DNA of 64,000 nucleotides from Octopus vulgaris (Eukaryota). Under the pieces are notes generated by a model. That model did not search any database. It saw only the letters and a list, made by a program, of their open reading frames with translations, and was not told the DNA's origin. Where the stretch lies: NCBI GenBank assembly GCA_951406725.2, contig OX597825.1:53072001-53136000 (forward strand), given 5' to 3'. Shown here piece after piece: positions 12,161 through 27,172 of the stretch (the first letter of the stretch is position 1; every line of letters begins with the position of its first letter). The position numbers were made by a program, and so were the translations under genes.

Positions 12161-14809
12161 TTGCTAGTTAGCTAACTAGATAAATAAAAAGATAGGTAGA
12201 TATATGACTGTTTAAGTAACCATTGCACGTATGATCATAGGTGCAAATGGAATTCTATACAATGGACACAAAGCTGTGTTCTCTGCGTTAGTTGCTCATT
12301 AATATTCGCTTGCTCTACAACACTATATAGAATATTATCATCCAAGGAGAAGTTGACCTCTACACTAATTTATTACTTTTCTACCTTGGCCCATTGAACA
12401 ATATCTGGCCTGTATTGTTTGCACCAGTCTGCATATTTTATTGGAGTATTCTATTAATTTTTGTCAGGTTTTATGTTGTGGATACTTACTGATACGAATA
12501 TATTCTGTAACCAGTATGCGTTTGGTTATGTAAATAAACATGATGTAGCAGGTATATCAGAATATCAGATATTGTCTTTTACTCATTTAATTTACTTATT
12601 TCTTGAAAAATTCGTCATATTATTTCTCTCTCTATCTCTCACCCTATTTTCTGTCCTTCTCTATGTAGCTTTGTAAATACCACCACCTCGTTGTGGATAT
12701 TTTCAAATAGTTCTACTGTTGAATGCATCTCTGAAAAAAGATAATTTATTTATCTACAAATTTATGCTTTGAAATACTTTCTTACGTATTCACCTATTTC
12801 ATGTCTTCTTACACTCCTTCTCTTTCTTTTCCTTTTATGTGATGTTAAATACCACCTGCTTGCTGTGGGTGGATATATTTCTACACTCACTCCCTAAAGC
12901 ATACCTTGCTTGACAATTCAGTTCTCTCTTTTATATGCAGAGACAGACTCAGAAGTAGTTAAGTTACTAGAAGCTTCGTAACTCACCCTTCTCTCATTAA
13001 CGCACTCCCTCCGTTCCTCTTTAACTCTGTCTACATACTTAGAACCTTATGACAAGATCTAAACCCCCCTCTCTCTCCAGGGAGGCCAGGCCAGAGATCT
13101 TATAAGAAAAAGATCAGCTACCGGCAATCATGCGTTGCCAGTGCAACGTACAAACCTATTTGGTAAGGAAGGGAATTATCAGACACCAAGTTTGATGTAA
13201 AACAACCTGTGAAAAGGGCGAATGAAAGCAAGATTGTCATTGGCTAATATAGACTAGGTGCAGCATAGCATCACTTCAGGTCGGTGTAGATACGTATCAC
13301 TGCCGTTATCTAGTAGCCAGCAGCCAACCACACAGCTACCCAACTACCCAGCTACCAAAGCAACCGGCAAAATAATTAAAAAAACGTCAGCGAGAGGTGT
13401 GGCTGATTGATTAGAGGACAAATCGCAGTCGTGGCTATAGTATTTGAAAGCTTAAAAATCGACATTTTGATTCAGTGTGTAATACAAAGCTTACAGAATA
13501 AGGTTGTACCGAAGACATGGAGCGAGGAATTAGTATTGCCATGGGGAAACAATGTTATGGCTAGTAGACATCGACGGATTTGAACTCAGAAGATAAAGAC
13601 TGACAAAATGCCGGCTTACTGGCGATTCTGTCACCTCATCCCTTTAAATCGCCTAATGATAATGCGTCATTTAAGTGAAAGCGTCAAACAAGAGATAGAA
13701 GAGTGACACTTCCTTTTTGCAGTGTCAGTGGATTTTGGAATATCATGTTTCAAGTCTCGTCGTTTTATCGAGTAGAAATATCTTGTAAGACCTTTCTGTG
13801 GTTTCTCTATCTTAGTTCATGGTTATTGACAGTTTTGGCTCATTTTACTCTACTATTAGTTAAAGACAGTAGGTGATACTGAATAGATCACAAATTATAG
13901 ATTTGAACTCATAAACTATGAGTAGAGAATCTAGAATCTTATCTATCCATCCAATCAACCTCCCCAATTAATGATGTTGCTAATGAGTAATATGATCCAG
14001 AGTCGTCTTAGGAATTGAAGATTATTTTTCCCTTCGGAATTATATTTCCCTTTGGAATCTGTTTTTGTCATTAATATGAGAACTTCAAAGATTCTGCTAT
14101 TCTTCAAAGAAGCTAGTTTTCTTGTAGGATTGGTCACAGGCATGATGAGTATTAGCTGTTTGGTATTCGGAATCAAAGAAGCTGGCAATGTCTCGCTTAT
14201 TAATAGAAGAAAACAACAGGCAATTGTTGTAGGCTAATTATCATCAAGGTAGAGTTTCTGTGACGTTCATTAATTATGTAGGCAAGGATTCAACTACAAG
14301 AAAATTGTTGGAACATGGGCGCCACTTTGCGGTCAACCATCCAGCTAGAAACAGCAGACAAATTTTCAAATTGAATTTTGCCTTCTTAAAAAAGGAAAGC
14401 GTACGATGGTTTGTGCAGCAGCAGAAATACTTAAGAAGGCGGGGTTGTGTCGGCTGGAATTTATCTGATCACACGCCCAATCATTTACGTCTTACCTGGA
14501 GCTGAACAACAATAAAAACAAGAATAGCAACAACAACAACAACAACAACAACAAATGTGAGCAAATAGGGCTCATACATTTAGGTTTTTCTCATTCGAAA
14601 CAGTCACACCGTTGTTATCTAGTAAGGTAAAGTGAAAATATCACGTTTCCATAAAAAAACTAGAATGTTGCTGCAATTTACATAATTTTTTCAGAGCATC
14701 ACCAACACCACGTCCACCACAGCAACTACCACCAAAACCATCACCACTACGAATACCACTACCTGCGCCACCACCAAAACAACCTCTGGTGGTGTTAACC
14801 ACCTTCACC

Positions 14810-14885
14810 ACAACCACCACCACCGCAGCTACTGCTGCTGCTGCTACTACTACTACTATCACTACTACTACTACTAATAATAATG

Positions 14886-14943
<58 letters not shown>

Positions 14944-14950
14944 TGATAAT
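14810..14950. repeat. compound (CAC)/(CTG)/(CTA)/(TAA)n microsatellite
   Basis: Directly visible; explains the poly-T/N and poly-L/V ORFs. Confidence 0.95.
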
Positions 14951-15459
14951 CTAGGAAAAACAAAAACAAAATGTTGAAACTTGAATTTAAAATTCTTTAA
15001 ACTATTTGTCATAAGTGCAGCTAATTGCTTGACGAGTGGACACGTTTGTCAATAACTGTCAGGGAAAGAAGAGAAGAAGTCTGGAGATCGTAATGTAATG
15101 CAAAAACAAAAACAGGCGTAATGACTGTAAGAAAGAGGAAAGAATGGGAAGGAAGAATCAAGTTTAAACGCTAATTAGAAGCTTAGAGTTCAAAATGGAT
15201 GGGGCCAAGCTGCCAACCTTTGGCACTTCTCGCCTGACATATAAATCCTACCGACTTACCCTAATAACACCGAGTTCTTAGTGAAGTAAACAAAAATAAT
15301 AGTAACATTATTATTATTATTATTATTATTGATAGAAAATCAAACCAAAAAGTAAGGATTGTTTATCTTCTTAAAAGATATTTAGAGTATTATTCATCTC
15401 ACACGTCTTATTCTCCCTCTCATTCACTCTGTATCTTTCATTTCACTGTTTCTATCTAC

Positions 15460-15475
15460 TTATCTACCTACCTAC

Positions 15476-15562
<87 letters not shown>

Positions 15563-15563
15563 C

Positions 15564-15630
<67 letters not shown>

Positions 15631-15680
15631 ACTAACTAACTAACTAACTCTCTATGTATCTATCTATCTATATAGCTATC
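15460..15680. repeat. (TATC)n microsatellite with (TAAC)n end
   Basis: Directly visible. Confidence 0.95.
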
Positions 15681-17379
15681 TATCTGCCTGTCAGTCTATC
15701 TCTTTCGTGTTGTTAGGCGGTGAGTATATTTTACATCTTTTTTTACTTATATCCAGTTTCTATAACTCATTATCAATCTTGTATTTTCTCCTTTTGTTTT
15801 TCTCTTTTGTACAATGAATTTTAAAGAGCCTCCAGCTTCTTGCAAAATTGATGATTTTTTTATCAAAAATTCTTTTTAAAAAATCTCACAATTTTTATGA
15901 ACTCATGTGTGAATACATTTTGTGCGAAGAAATTTTTTTAAACCATCGTAATTCTAAATTTAAAAATAAAATTATAATAAATAAATAATATAAAATAAAA
16001 GAAATGAGCATGCAATTTTTATTGTGTCTCTGCTGGCGTTGTGGTACATGTGAATTTTAAAGCATCAATTTATATTTTTTTTATTGAAGAGTACTCTCAA
16101 GGGAGACAACAAATGCATTACTAAATTTGCTTTTTAACATTAAGAGTGAGATGTGTTTTTGCATTGGTGGCAATTAATGTCATTGTTTTGATTGCAACAA
16201 TTAAGAAGATCATGTTTGGTTTGTATAAATTTAATGACGAACAGAATTCCAATCAAGCTAATGCTGAATAGCTAATGAAAATCTTTAGCATTTGTTTTTG
16301 CGCCTTCCGAATATAATTTGTTCTGTTTATTGCAATCGTTTCTGCCATAAAGTTGGAGGAATACGAACGCATTTAAGAGACCAAGAGTAATAGAAGTGTG
16401 GTTAAAAATACCACAATTATTAATCAAATAATTTTCAGTTCGAACCTTGATATAATCGCTGAACCATGATTTGATTCTGAGGTCATATACTCATCCCAGA
16501 AATTTTATCTGACATGTATTACTAATTCCCCTTGCTAAGGCGTTGGTGTTAGGACAGTCCAAAATTACAGAGAAGTACGATATAACAATTGCCCCGTCTA
16601 ATTTCACTTACAAAATAATCCGAGATATAATTATTGAATGTCTTTTTATAACGCCGAATATCAAAACATTGTTATTCGGTACCTCTGGAATAGACGCAAG
16701 GTACATAAAAGTACACATTTTCATCGTTGGCAGAGGGAGGTCGTTTCAATATAAATAACGTAATGTTCAGTCTTCCAAGGAAACATCAACGTTAAGATAG
16801 ATATAATGATTGCCTTTTGGCGTTAATGCTGCTTCTGTCACTAATAATTATCCTTTAATTGTTGGCCAAGACATCTCATTTCGTGGATATCTGGGTTTTA
16901 GCTAATTAAATAATTATAAGCACTTACGTCCATCATGAGTGAGATGTGCGGCAATCTGACACCCTATACGTTATATGGACCATATGTTGAGCTATATAAC
17001 CAGAAAGAGAGCATTCACGTACATTCCAACCTGTATAATATAGCTACACAATCTATTTTAGTTAATACTCATAGTTATGAAGAAGAGATATTTTTAAATT
17101 CTTAATTACTGACTTCTACAGAAAGGTAATAGCCGACAATGTATGACAGTTTAAACGGGATTTAAGTTGATAAAATTTGATTAATATCATTTCAAGCAGT
17201 TTTTGATGCTATCTAACTAATGCACTTAACTGTTCATGTCCCCGTCCTCCGATGTCAGAGGCATGTGTTACATGTTATCTAGGAATGCTCTCTTTAATCG
17301 ATTGGTATCTAATCCATGAGTTGTTACTCCGTAGTCGGCTCTCATTAATCGTTCAGAGATGTAACCAATGGGCGGATTC

Positions 17380-17665
17380 CAATATTCCCAAGATATAATC
17401 TCTGGGTGAACCGCACTAATATCTAGAAATTTAATGTTGCATTATTCACACCTGTCTCAAAATATATAACCAATCGATTGCTCACACTAAACCCTAGAAA
17501 TGTAATGACTGAGTTACACTAACATCTACATATTTAATCCTAAATGATTCACAATAGATCTAGATTTTAAACCCGGAGTGATTCGTACTAAACTGTAGAG
17601 AATTATAATCCCAGGCTCATCACACTCATAACCTCTAGAGACATGAACCCAGGATGACTCAGTCC
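17380..17665. repeat. degenerate minisatellite, about 33-36 bp unit
   Basis: Recurring 'cacactaa..ctaga(a/g)at.taa(t/c)cc..ga.tga.t' roughly 8 times. Confidence 0.6.
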
Positions 17666-18170
17666 AATTCTTCTAACTTTATTCCCACTCATTAACTTTC
17701 TCTTGTGATATAGTATACAGTGAAAAGGGCATACGTGTTTCAACATAACTCAGTACCTTCACTCGAAGCCCATATAAACCAAGAATGGATGTGAGGCAAT
17801 TTCTAGGATATCTAACACCGAACTTGTGAACTCCAAAGTCACCAGATTTAATTTCTATAAGCTGCTGTTTTCAGTTTTGTTGACAAGGAGTATAATCGAC
17901 TTCCTTAAAAAGCCAAAGCTTCACTGGAGGCCATAATTGCCCGTATGGTGTGCGAAATGAGTGTAGACCGTTTTAGCGAAGGGATATCAGAATTTCGGTC
18001 CCCCATAGAAGTAGTCATCGGAACTAAATGCAGGTTTATAGAATAATCTTCTAAGAAAGCTTATCGAGAACATGTATACAATATGTTTTATTAAAATACT
18101 TTTGGATTTTGCAGTATTAGAGGTACTTTAAATTAAATTAGCGAATTTGTCTTCAAATAAATCTCTCATC

Positions 18171-18242
<72 letters not shown>

Positions 18243-19344
18243 GTATATATATATATGTATATATATGTGTATATATATATTTAAAATTATACATATATAT
18301 ATGTTAATGCATGTATATGTACGCACACGCGCACACATACACACGCATATATATGTATGTGTGTGTGTGTGCGTGTGTGTATGTATGTATGTATGTATGT
18401 ATATATATATGTGGATGTATATATGAATATGATTAATATACACCCTGAAGATAAGGTCAAATAAACGCTTTAGATTTAGATAAATATATAAATGCATAAA
18501 ATCGTGTATATTAAATATATGCTGTAACTATGAAATTATTGTCCTGAAAATTATATTTAGATACATAGTATATATTATATCCATCTGAGCAAAATAAATT
18601 GGACATTTACTGTAGTGACGTTTAATTTTCACTGCTACCAAATGTGCCTGATTAAATATGCAACATCTGCTAACTGATGAAGAAACCAAAAACGAAAGAA
18701 TTCAGCATGGACAAGGGACATAAATCGTAGAAGCATGCATGACATCTAATAAACGTAGATCAAGGGAAAATGGAACTGATGATAGGTAAAAAAAGAGTTA
18801 GAGTAAAATATAATAGAGTGAATTACACGAGGAAGGTAAATAGAAAAATAAAACCTCAATTCTAAAGGGGAAAGGACAATAACTACAAAATATAAGATCA
18901 TGAAAAACTGAGGATAAAACTGCATTAAATAATATTTTTTTGCCATTGTGTGTGTATGTGTGTGATTGAGTGATTCTGTATGTGCGTGTATGTCTGTGTG
19001 TATGTGTATGTCATAGGAAAGTAAAATTAAAAATATGAAAAATTTACAGATATATATATATATAAATCGTAAAAGGTTACTCCTGAGCCTAAATAGCTTG
19101 AATTTGATGCATAATATGTTTCAGTTTAATTGACTACACTCCTTGCTTAAATTACGTGGCCATGCGCCAGAATTTAGAAATAAACACAGCAGTACAAGAC
19201 AGGACAGAAATGAATCACAATGCGTTGTTTAGGTGGCTCACAGAGTAAGAGTATTCATATCATAGAAACATAGGATAAACAATTTAATTACAGCAGCGAC
19301 CGTTTTAAGAATACAATAATATAAATAGACATTTAAAATGACCG

Positions 19345-19720
19345 GGTGAGGCTATGTAGTTGCTTCCCAACCACATGGTTCCTTCTTCAGTCCTACTGCT
19401 TGACACTCCGGGTAAATGTCTTCTGCTGTAGTCCAGGGGCGACGAAAACCTTCTGAGTGTGTATGTGTGTGTGTGTCTATGTGTGTCTGTACGTGTTTGT
19501 GAATCTGTACATGCATCTGTTCCCCACCTTCGCTTGACAACCGGTGTAGTGCTTGACAACCGGTGTTATGTTTGACAACCGGTGTAGTGCTTGACAACCA
19601 GTGTAGTGCTTGGTAACCGGTGTAGGTTCGCTTGCGTTCCCGTAAGCGAGCAATAGAATTAGTGCCAAATATTGGCATTAGTATAAGAGCGAAGGGTTTG
19701 ATGCTTTGCAGTGTTCCAAC
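19345..19720 (+). mobile_element. degenerate SINE (47066 family) with an internal 5 x 19-bp tandem expansion
   Basis: 'ttgcttcccaaccacatggttcc..ttcagtcc' matches the SINE head; TTGACAACCGGTGTAGTGC x5 at 19534-19628 matches 'gacaacagatgctggtg' at about 47318. Confidence 0.7.
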
Positions 19721-21281
19721 TCTGTAAGCGCTGAGTTCAAATCCTGCATAAGTGCATAAGTATCCTTTCAAAGTCTTCAAAACTGTCAATTTAGGGTGTT
19801 GGGTTGGTAGAACTCCAAAGAGGTTTGCAGTATTTGTCCTAGCGTTTTGAATTTCTCCATTTCATGTCCCACCATGGACTACTAGGCGTTAGACATAATA
19901 TGTCACGTAGTTTAATACCATTAACTGGCTCATTGTGTGTCTTTTTTCGTGTCAACACTACAACAAGCGTTCACGCCAAGTCTTGATACTTTCCTGCTTC
20001 CCTCCCTATAATCTTGTGTCATAAGTCCCATTTTCTCCTGATTAAAATAAATAAATAAATAAAACCTTTCGACAACAATTTGCTTATTTCTGCCGACAAT
20101 TAATTCATATGCTTGATGTTGAGGTTGTTTCTTAACCATCAAGTTCTTACGAACACTCTTGCAATGACCATCTTGTCTTTCTTTAAGGAATAGTATGTCC
20201 AAGGTTCAATACCCAATATGGGCTATTTAAAAAGGAAACTGCAGTTTGAAAAAGATTTGCCCACTATGACTAACAATATGAAGGTTCACAAAGAGACTGC
20301 CTCGTTATTTCATAGTCCCAGGTGGTTTGTATCAGTATGCATTTGCTTCTCACTTGAAACCTTTCACTCGCTAAAGTTATCTAAATTTATGTTTCACAAT
20401 TAGAGGAATGTCTGAACGTTAATCTAAAGACAGTTTTAGATCAAACGGTTATGATGTTAAGCTTAGCTAATATTTCAAATACATTTTATTCAGTATTGTT
20501 GTCATCGTTGTTGAGGAGAGGCGACTGATACTTGTTAGACGTAATATGGTTTTCATCAATCAGAAACATTCCATGTTTTACTGTTCATCACCACAGAAAC
20601 TATAACTATATAACCACAGTTAAAAGAAAACTTGTAATGGAACTAACCAATATTATAAGCAAATTTAAATACACGTTTCTCGGTAAGGTGTTAATACATT
20701 TAATATTTTCTGATACAGTCAGAATGCTAGCGGCTTTCAGGAATTTTGGTAACATCAAAGGAATGAGGACCAAAGATGAATTCAGCGGGATTAGAAATCA
20801 AAATGTAAAAGAATGGGAAGAAATAACATAAGATATGATTTCCGATGTACCAACGATCCTATCAGTCCACCACACATAAAACAAAGCTATGGTGATGAGC
20901 ATTGTATTATTACTGGGATTATTCAGTGCTCATATTTCTATAGCTATTGTATACAGAGTTTAAATATGAATGTTTCAAATTGTTTGAAGGTAAACAGTCA
21001 TACATTCATCATTCAATCCTGAGTAAACTAACAATAAATTTAATTTATCTGTATTCATTATTACATTACACAGAAAGTGTGTCTATATTACATTATTGTA
21101 TGTTGTTGTCAGCTTATTACTGCATAAAATATTGTATCGTACATCTATCATAAAATATATTCTTGTAGGCGCTTAAAGCACACTTACATATATATACGTA
21201 AATATTCCATATACACAAATATGTGAGTGTGGGTAGTTACATACATAAAATTTTATATGTATATATATGTATACATATATG

Positions 21282-21347
<66 letters not shown>

Positions 21348-21776
21348 CATGTGTGTTGGTACATAAATGTGTCTAAGTATGAATAAATCAATTAATATTA
21401 TTCCATTACATTTTTATGCTGTGTTTCGGCACCTTGGAATGCTATCTACATTCCCGAATAGTTGTGTATATTGACAATAAATTAAATTGACGTTATTTAA
21501 TTGAAATAAAAGACATCATCTGACGTACCAAATATTACAATTATAATTAGAATTGGTTAGTCAATTAGATGAATTAGATAAACATTGAAGCTGCAGCTAG
21601 CTTGTATGGCATTACAACATATGATATTTCTAGTATTATGTATACATATGAATGTGTATATAATAAACACACATACACACATATATATATATAGTCACAC
21701 ACACACACATATATATATATATATAAATATATAAATATATATATATATATAGATATATATATACACATATATATAG

Positions 21777-21823
<47 letters not shown>

Positions 21824-21919
21824 TATATAATATGTATAGATAAATGTAAGCATACAGGTCATGCGAACATAAGGAGATGGCTATAATACGATAGAATAGG
21901 ATAGAATAAGAGAGGGTGC

Positions 21920-22030
<111 letters not shown>

Positions 22031-22377
22031 AGGTGTGTTGATATCCAAGAAACGCGTCTTTCTTTCATTATGGACCCAAGAAGTTCCAAAATGTTAACCA
22101 TTACGTACTTCTACTTTATTATTTAATTTGTTATAAATATTCTTGAATCCAAGCCACCTAAGAACATATTTAGTTTTATAAAGCAAAATCCATTTTCTAT
22201 AATGATCCAAAGGAAAACCATCCATCATAGTTTTTGCTTTGTAGTAAATACTAGTTTCCTGCGGATTCAGCTGTTTTCATTATTTCAAAAATTAAATGAA
22301 ACAAAAGGATTCTAGTTAAATGTAACTACCTGTGGTCTACAAGCGAGGTATAACAATTTTGTCAAACCTGATAAATA

Positions 22378-23272
22378 CGTGGTCTGATTAATACGTATCC
22401 GAAATGTTGCCATAGTTGCGAAGCTAAGGCAGGCAGAGTGAAGTTGCTGGGCACAGATTGACCTTCAACAGTGCTGTGCATGCGCACCAAGTTTTAACGT
22501 TCTAACTCACTTTCCTTCTTTACAACAGTGCTTGAAAGGAACGTGTGTAGCCTATGATCGTCGCATTGAGGATGACAGAGTAAATTGAGCAGAGAATCTG
22601 CGTCAAATTTTACCAAAAGCTCGGCAATACCTACTCCGTTGCGTATATCAAGTTTTCAAACAGTTTTCATCGTTCTCGACACAATCAAGAAGATCATGTG
22701 CGACTGAAATCCGAGAGTTTTGGTCAGCTGAAAGCCGTTTGGGCAGAAACTTGGCAGATACGCGTTTCGTATCCAAATCTTCAGTGATAATGGACTGAAC
22801 AGAAACGTAACTAATCTGCACATCCTATGATAACTCGCGGATGGTGATTTGCCGATTTCCACTAACATCTGCAAGAAAATCTGCGATGTTTTACCTCCGT
22901 TTTGCTGGTTCCGTGTCTCTCAGGTCGTTCCTCACTGTCGACATTTTTTTCGGCCGTCTTGGAAACCTCAGAATTACTCTCACCCTTGTGTGCCGCTCAT
23001 ACACTCATCTCTATTCACTTTCTGCAACTTTGCGTGGGTCTCTTAGCAGGTATGGCTGTAACAACTTTCTCTGTCATAGTCAATGCGACGATCACAAGCT
23101 ACGCATCTTTGTTCCAAGCACTGCTGTAAACAGCGGAAGTGAGCTAGAACGTTAAATCTTAGTGCGCGTACACAACAGGGTTCAACGGTTCATTTTTGCC
23201 AGGCAGCTTCACTTTGCGTGATTTAGCTTCGTTACAGTAGCAACATTCCGGATACTTATTGATGAGATCTCG
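22378..23272 (-). mobile_element. mariner-derived non-autonomous element made of two inverted 5' ends
   Basis: TIRs CGTGGTCTGATTAATACGTATCCGAAATGTTGC and its reverse complement ending at 23272, with TA on the left. Both arms run TIR-5'UTR-ATGACAGAG; the minus arm encodes 'GNRQITIRELS.DVQISYVSVQSIITEDLDTKRVSAKFLPKRLSADQ' (mariner HTH and WVPxxL-equivalent). Confidence 0.9.
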
Positions 23273-24839
23273 TCTTTACTGACAGTCGTAACTGATGCAT
23301 TGTTTAATCCTAGTATATATGACAAGCGCTAAGACACATAACTACAGGCGTTCGGGATTTCATCACCACGTCTTTCTTGTGCATTTATAATGTATCCCAT
23401 ACAAGGATGTGATTTAAGAGCAACCTTGTTGGTATGTCTAAGTAGCCATGACCTTACAAAATGTTTCTCTTCGTGTTTCTTGCTGGTCTTCTTACGAAAT
23501 AAAGACCTGTGCATTCATAGAAAAGTAGGGGCATGGTTCGAAGGGGAATGAAAAGTTGTAAAATAATTTCTAGGATTACGTCGACGATGGCGGTAATGAG
23601 GAAGATGATAACGAATGGTGATGATAATGGTGATTGTGATGACGACACGATGATGATAATGATGATATTATGGCAACAATAGCGATATTTTTAAGGTAGA
23701 GTAACGTACCGAATGGTTTATTTCTTCTTACAGAAGGGAAGGGAGTGCACGCACTTTAGAAATATGTGCTAAACGGTTGAATCCTACTGCACTACATTTT
23801 CGTCTCCTTTTATAATAAGAAAATTAGAATTATCCTAACAGCAATATAGATAGTTAGATATGTATGTATATATGTATGTGCATGTACTTATGCATACATA
23901 CATACATACATACATACATACATACATACATACATACGTATGTACATTTATATATATATATGTTTGCATGCACGTTCACATATATAAATATAAATGTATT
24001 ATATATGTTTATGTGTATGTGTGTGTGTGTTTGTAGAAATATTTACATATGTATGTAGATGTAACCTCACATACATATGCGCAAACATATGTATGCTTGT
24101 TAGAATGTATGTTTGCATATATATATATATATATATAACACCAGTCGTAGATATCATCTACAACAATCCAGCCTCCACTGAATAAAGAAGTTTGAAACAT
24201 TGCAACAAGCCTTTTATTCATATATTCCATAAAATAGATTGCTCCCTGTGAGCCTTGAATCCTTATGTGTCTATGTCATTGAGAGAAAAGAAAAAGAAAA
24301 AAAATGGTCATCTTTAAGTTTGCTTTCAACAGCTCAACAATATTGATCTCCATCTTCCGTACGTGATAATTTTCTTTCTGTTTTTTATTTGATATATTGC
24401 CCGCAGAGAGCTGTTCATCTTACATTTTTTCGCCCTTTTCCTTGTTTTATTTTTTCTTTGTTTTAGACAGGGTTTCCATCAAATTCTTTACTCATGAGGA
24501 ATATTAAGAGTTTTTCATCTATTCCATTTCTTCTTTACTGTTAATAGATGTAACAATATTTCTTTCTTTTCTCCTTATATCTATTGTTGTACACAAAAGC
24601 GCACCCAAACGCCACCACAAACGTGCACGTGTAGACATATATACATATACACACATTCATTCATACGAATACATAATACATACATACACACTTATATATA
24701 CATATATATGCACATGTAGGAAATATACTTCGTATAAGCATATGTTTATATGTATATATGTGTGTGTATAGGTATGTAGATCTGTATGCAAATTTTGTAT
24801 GTAGATACACTCGGAAATATTCTGAAGCCCAGCGTGTGG

Positions 24840-24893
<54 letters not shown>

Positions 24894-24967
24894 ATGTATA
24901 TATGTATGGATATATATATATATATATATCCATATGTGTATATATGTGTATACATATAAATATATTC

Positions 24968-25009
<42 letters not shown>

Positions 25010-25237
25010 ATGTATGTATATACATATATGTCCGTTTAGTATTCTCTTTAACAAATCATTGGAAGCCGAGCCTTATGTTCCATGTATCATAAAATATATA
25101 TTTTATGTTCATTGTCAATGTAGAATGTGTAAACTATAAAATGTATTTCAAAAGCGATCCTACTAAAATACTTAAGTTATATGTGGAATAGTGCTTGACT
25201 ATATGAAATTAGCTTTCAGACTCACACACGCTCGCAG

Positions 25238-25339
<102 letters not shown>

Positions 25340-25429
25340 CCCACGAGCAGTCACAGTGTGTCACACATACACAAATATGTATGGATATAAATACATACAT
25401 ATGTGTGTGTACGCGTGCGTGTGTATATA

Positions 25430-27085
25430 TGAGAGTGGAGTAGCCGAACTCGTATAAGTAGCAGCGTGTTTGATTGATAGCGAGAGATGAGAAACTTTTG
25501 CGAAATTATTATGGTTCGTTTAGAGTTGTTTTGGATATGTTACATTTCTTGGTAGGGGATTTGGAATTATATCAAGTGGAGACAGTTGGTTTCTACCCCG
25601 TTCCGTGGTACTATATATCACACTATATTAGTGCACGACACTAAGGGGACATATACAGAAATCATGTTATAAAAGTGGGGACGATTGATTCGAAGCTTAC
25701 GTTGGTCAGTAACAATATTTTATAATACAAAAAATTCCTTAATTATGGAAGACCTGTTAGCTGGCATATTACAATTGCAAAAACAGCAGGAACAGGAGTT
25801 GCGCCAAGAACTGCAACACAATCAGTTGCTGAAACTGATGTTGAAGTCGGGAAACACCGCAAGTTCGTTTTCGCCAGATGGTGTAGCGTGTGCGATATCT
25901 GTATTTAGTTATAACCCAGAAGAGGATATAATTTTTTCGGCGTTCTTCAGAACATGAGAAATATTCAAGGAAGAATGCAAGTGTTGGATAAATAATGAAA
26001 AAGTGAGGCTAATGTTTCATAAATTAGACCCTTCAGAACATGGAAATTACTGCAATTTTATCTCGTCTAAAAAAAAAGTGAAATTTGTTTCAAAGAAACA
26101 ATTGAATTGCTATCCAAAATGTTCAGCAATAAGAGTTCCCTGTTTAACACTCGGTAGGAGTGTTTGAACCTAGTAAAAAAAGATGGCGAAAATTTTATCA
26201 CTTACGCCGGAATAAAATGTACGAAAAATTTAAACCGAAAGAATTATTTCCTGGCATGTTTAAATTTCTCCTTTTTGTGCAAGGTTTGATGGCAAAGATC
26301 CAGAAATATGTGCACGGATTCTTACAAACCTATAACAGGAGTACCAGAATTTAACCTTGCAAGCAGTAGCAGAGAAATGTCAAAGAATTATCAACTTGCG
26401 ACAGGGCGTAAAGAAAATTGAAGAAACTTCCTCTCAACTACTGACATTTCGAACGGGAATAAATAAAGAAAAATGAATGTTACGACCAAATCCATGTTAT
26501 GGGCGTGGAAGTCTACATTTTAAGAAAGACTGTCTGTTTAAAACTCGGAAATGTTTTAATTGTCAAAAAAAAGGACATATAATCTCACACTGTATAGCGA
26601 AGCAAAACAGGTCGGAATAGAAGTTCCTTCTAAAAAGTTTTGCTCAACGGAAAGTCGTGACGACACCGCAAAAGGAAATTATGTGTATGTATAAATAAAC
26701 AACGTGGACGTGAAACTACAACTAGATTGACTGGATGGAGTTGTTTGAATTATTTGACCACCCCATATATATGTTCTGTAAAAACAGAAATCATTGTTCC
26801 TGAAGTAAAAATAAGGCGAGATGAATGGAAGAAAAGAATGGAGGAAAACGTGTCACAATCAGCTACATATTCCGGGGGATACTTTTGCGAAGTTAAACGG
26901 GGGCAAGATATTTTAAAACCTAGATCTCTCCTATGCGTAGAAATTACAGTTAACGAGCAATGCTCAAAATACCTAACAGTGAATACGCATAAAGGACTAT
27001 GTAAATAATCTAAAAGTCGCACCTGTAATTTTTCAACAGGTTATGAATGCAATGTTAAAGAGACTTTTATTTTCCATAGCTGGAC
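25430..27085 (+). mobile_element. Gypsy (Mag-like) LTR retrotransposon remnant: putative LTR/PBS, gag, fragments of protease and RT
   Basis: PBS-like TGGGGACGA (25676); gag from ATG 25745 ('FSYNPEEDIIFSAFF...EKVRLMFHKL...ETIELLSKMFSNKSSLFNTR'); tandem zinc knuckles CYGRGSLHFKKDC / CFNCQKKGHIISHC; 'VDVKLQLD'; RT 'YLTVNTHKGL' and 'KVAPVIFQQVMNAML'. Many stops and deletions. Confidence 0.85.
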
Positions 27086-27106
27086 TGTTTTGTATTTGTT
27101 AAACTA

Positions 27107-27171
<65 letters not shown>

Positions 27172-27172
<1 letters not shown>

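Noticed and set aside
18667-18708. Hammerhead-like CTGATGA...GAAA
   Set aside because: The intervening AGAAACCAAAAAC cannot form stem II, and stem III is unconvincing.
19534-19628. CRISPR-like array
   Set aside because: Contiguous tandem units with no unique spacers, in a eukaryotic SINE context.
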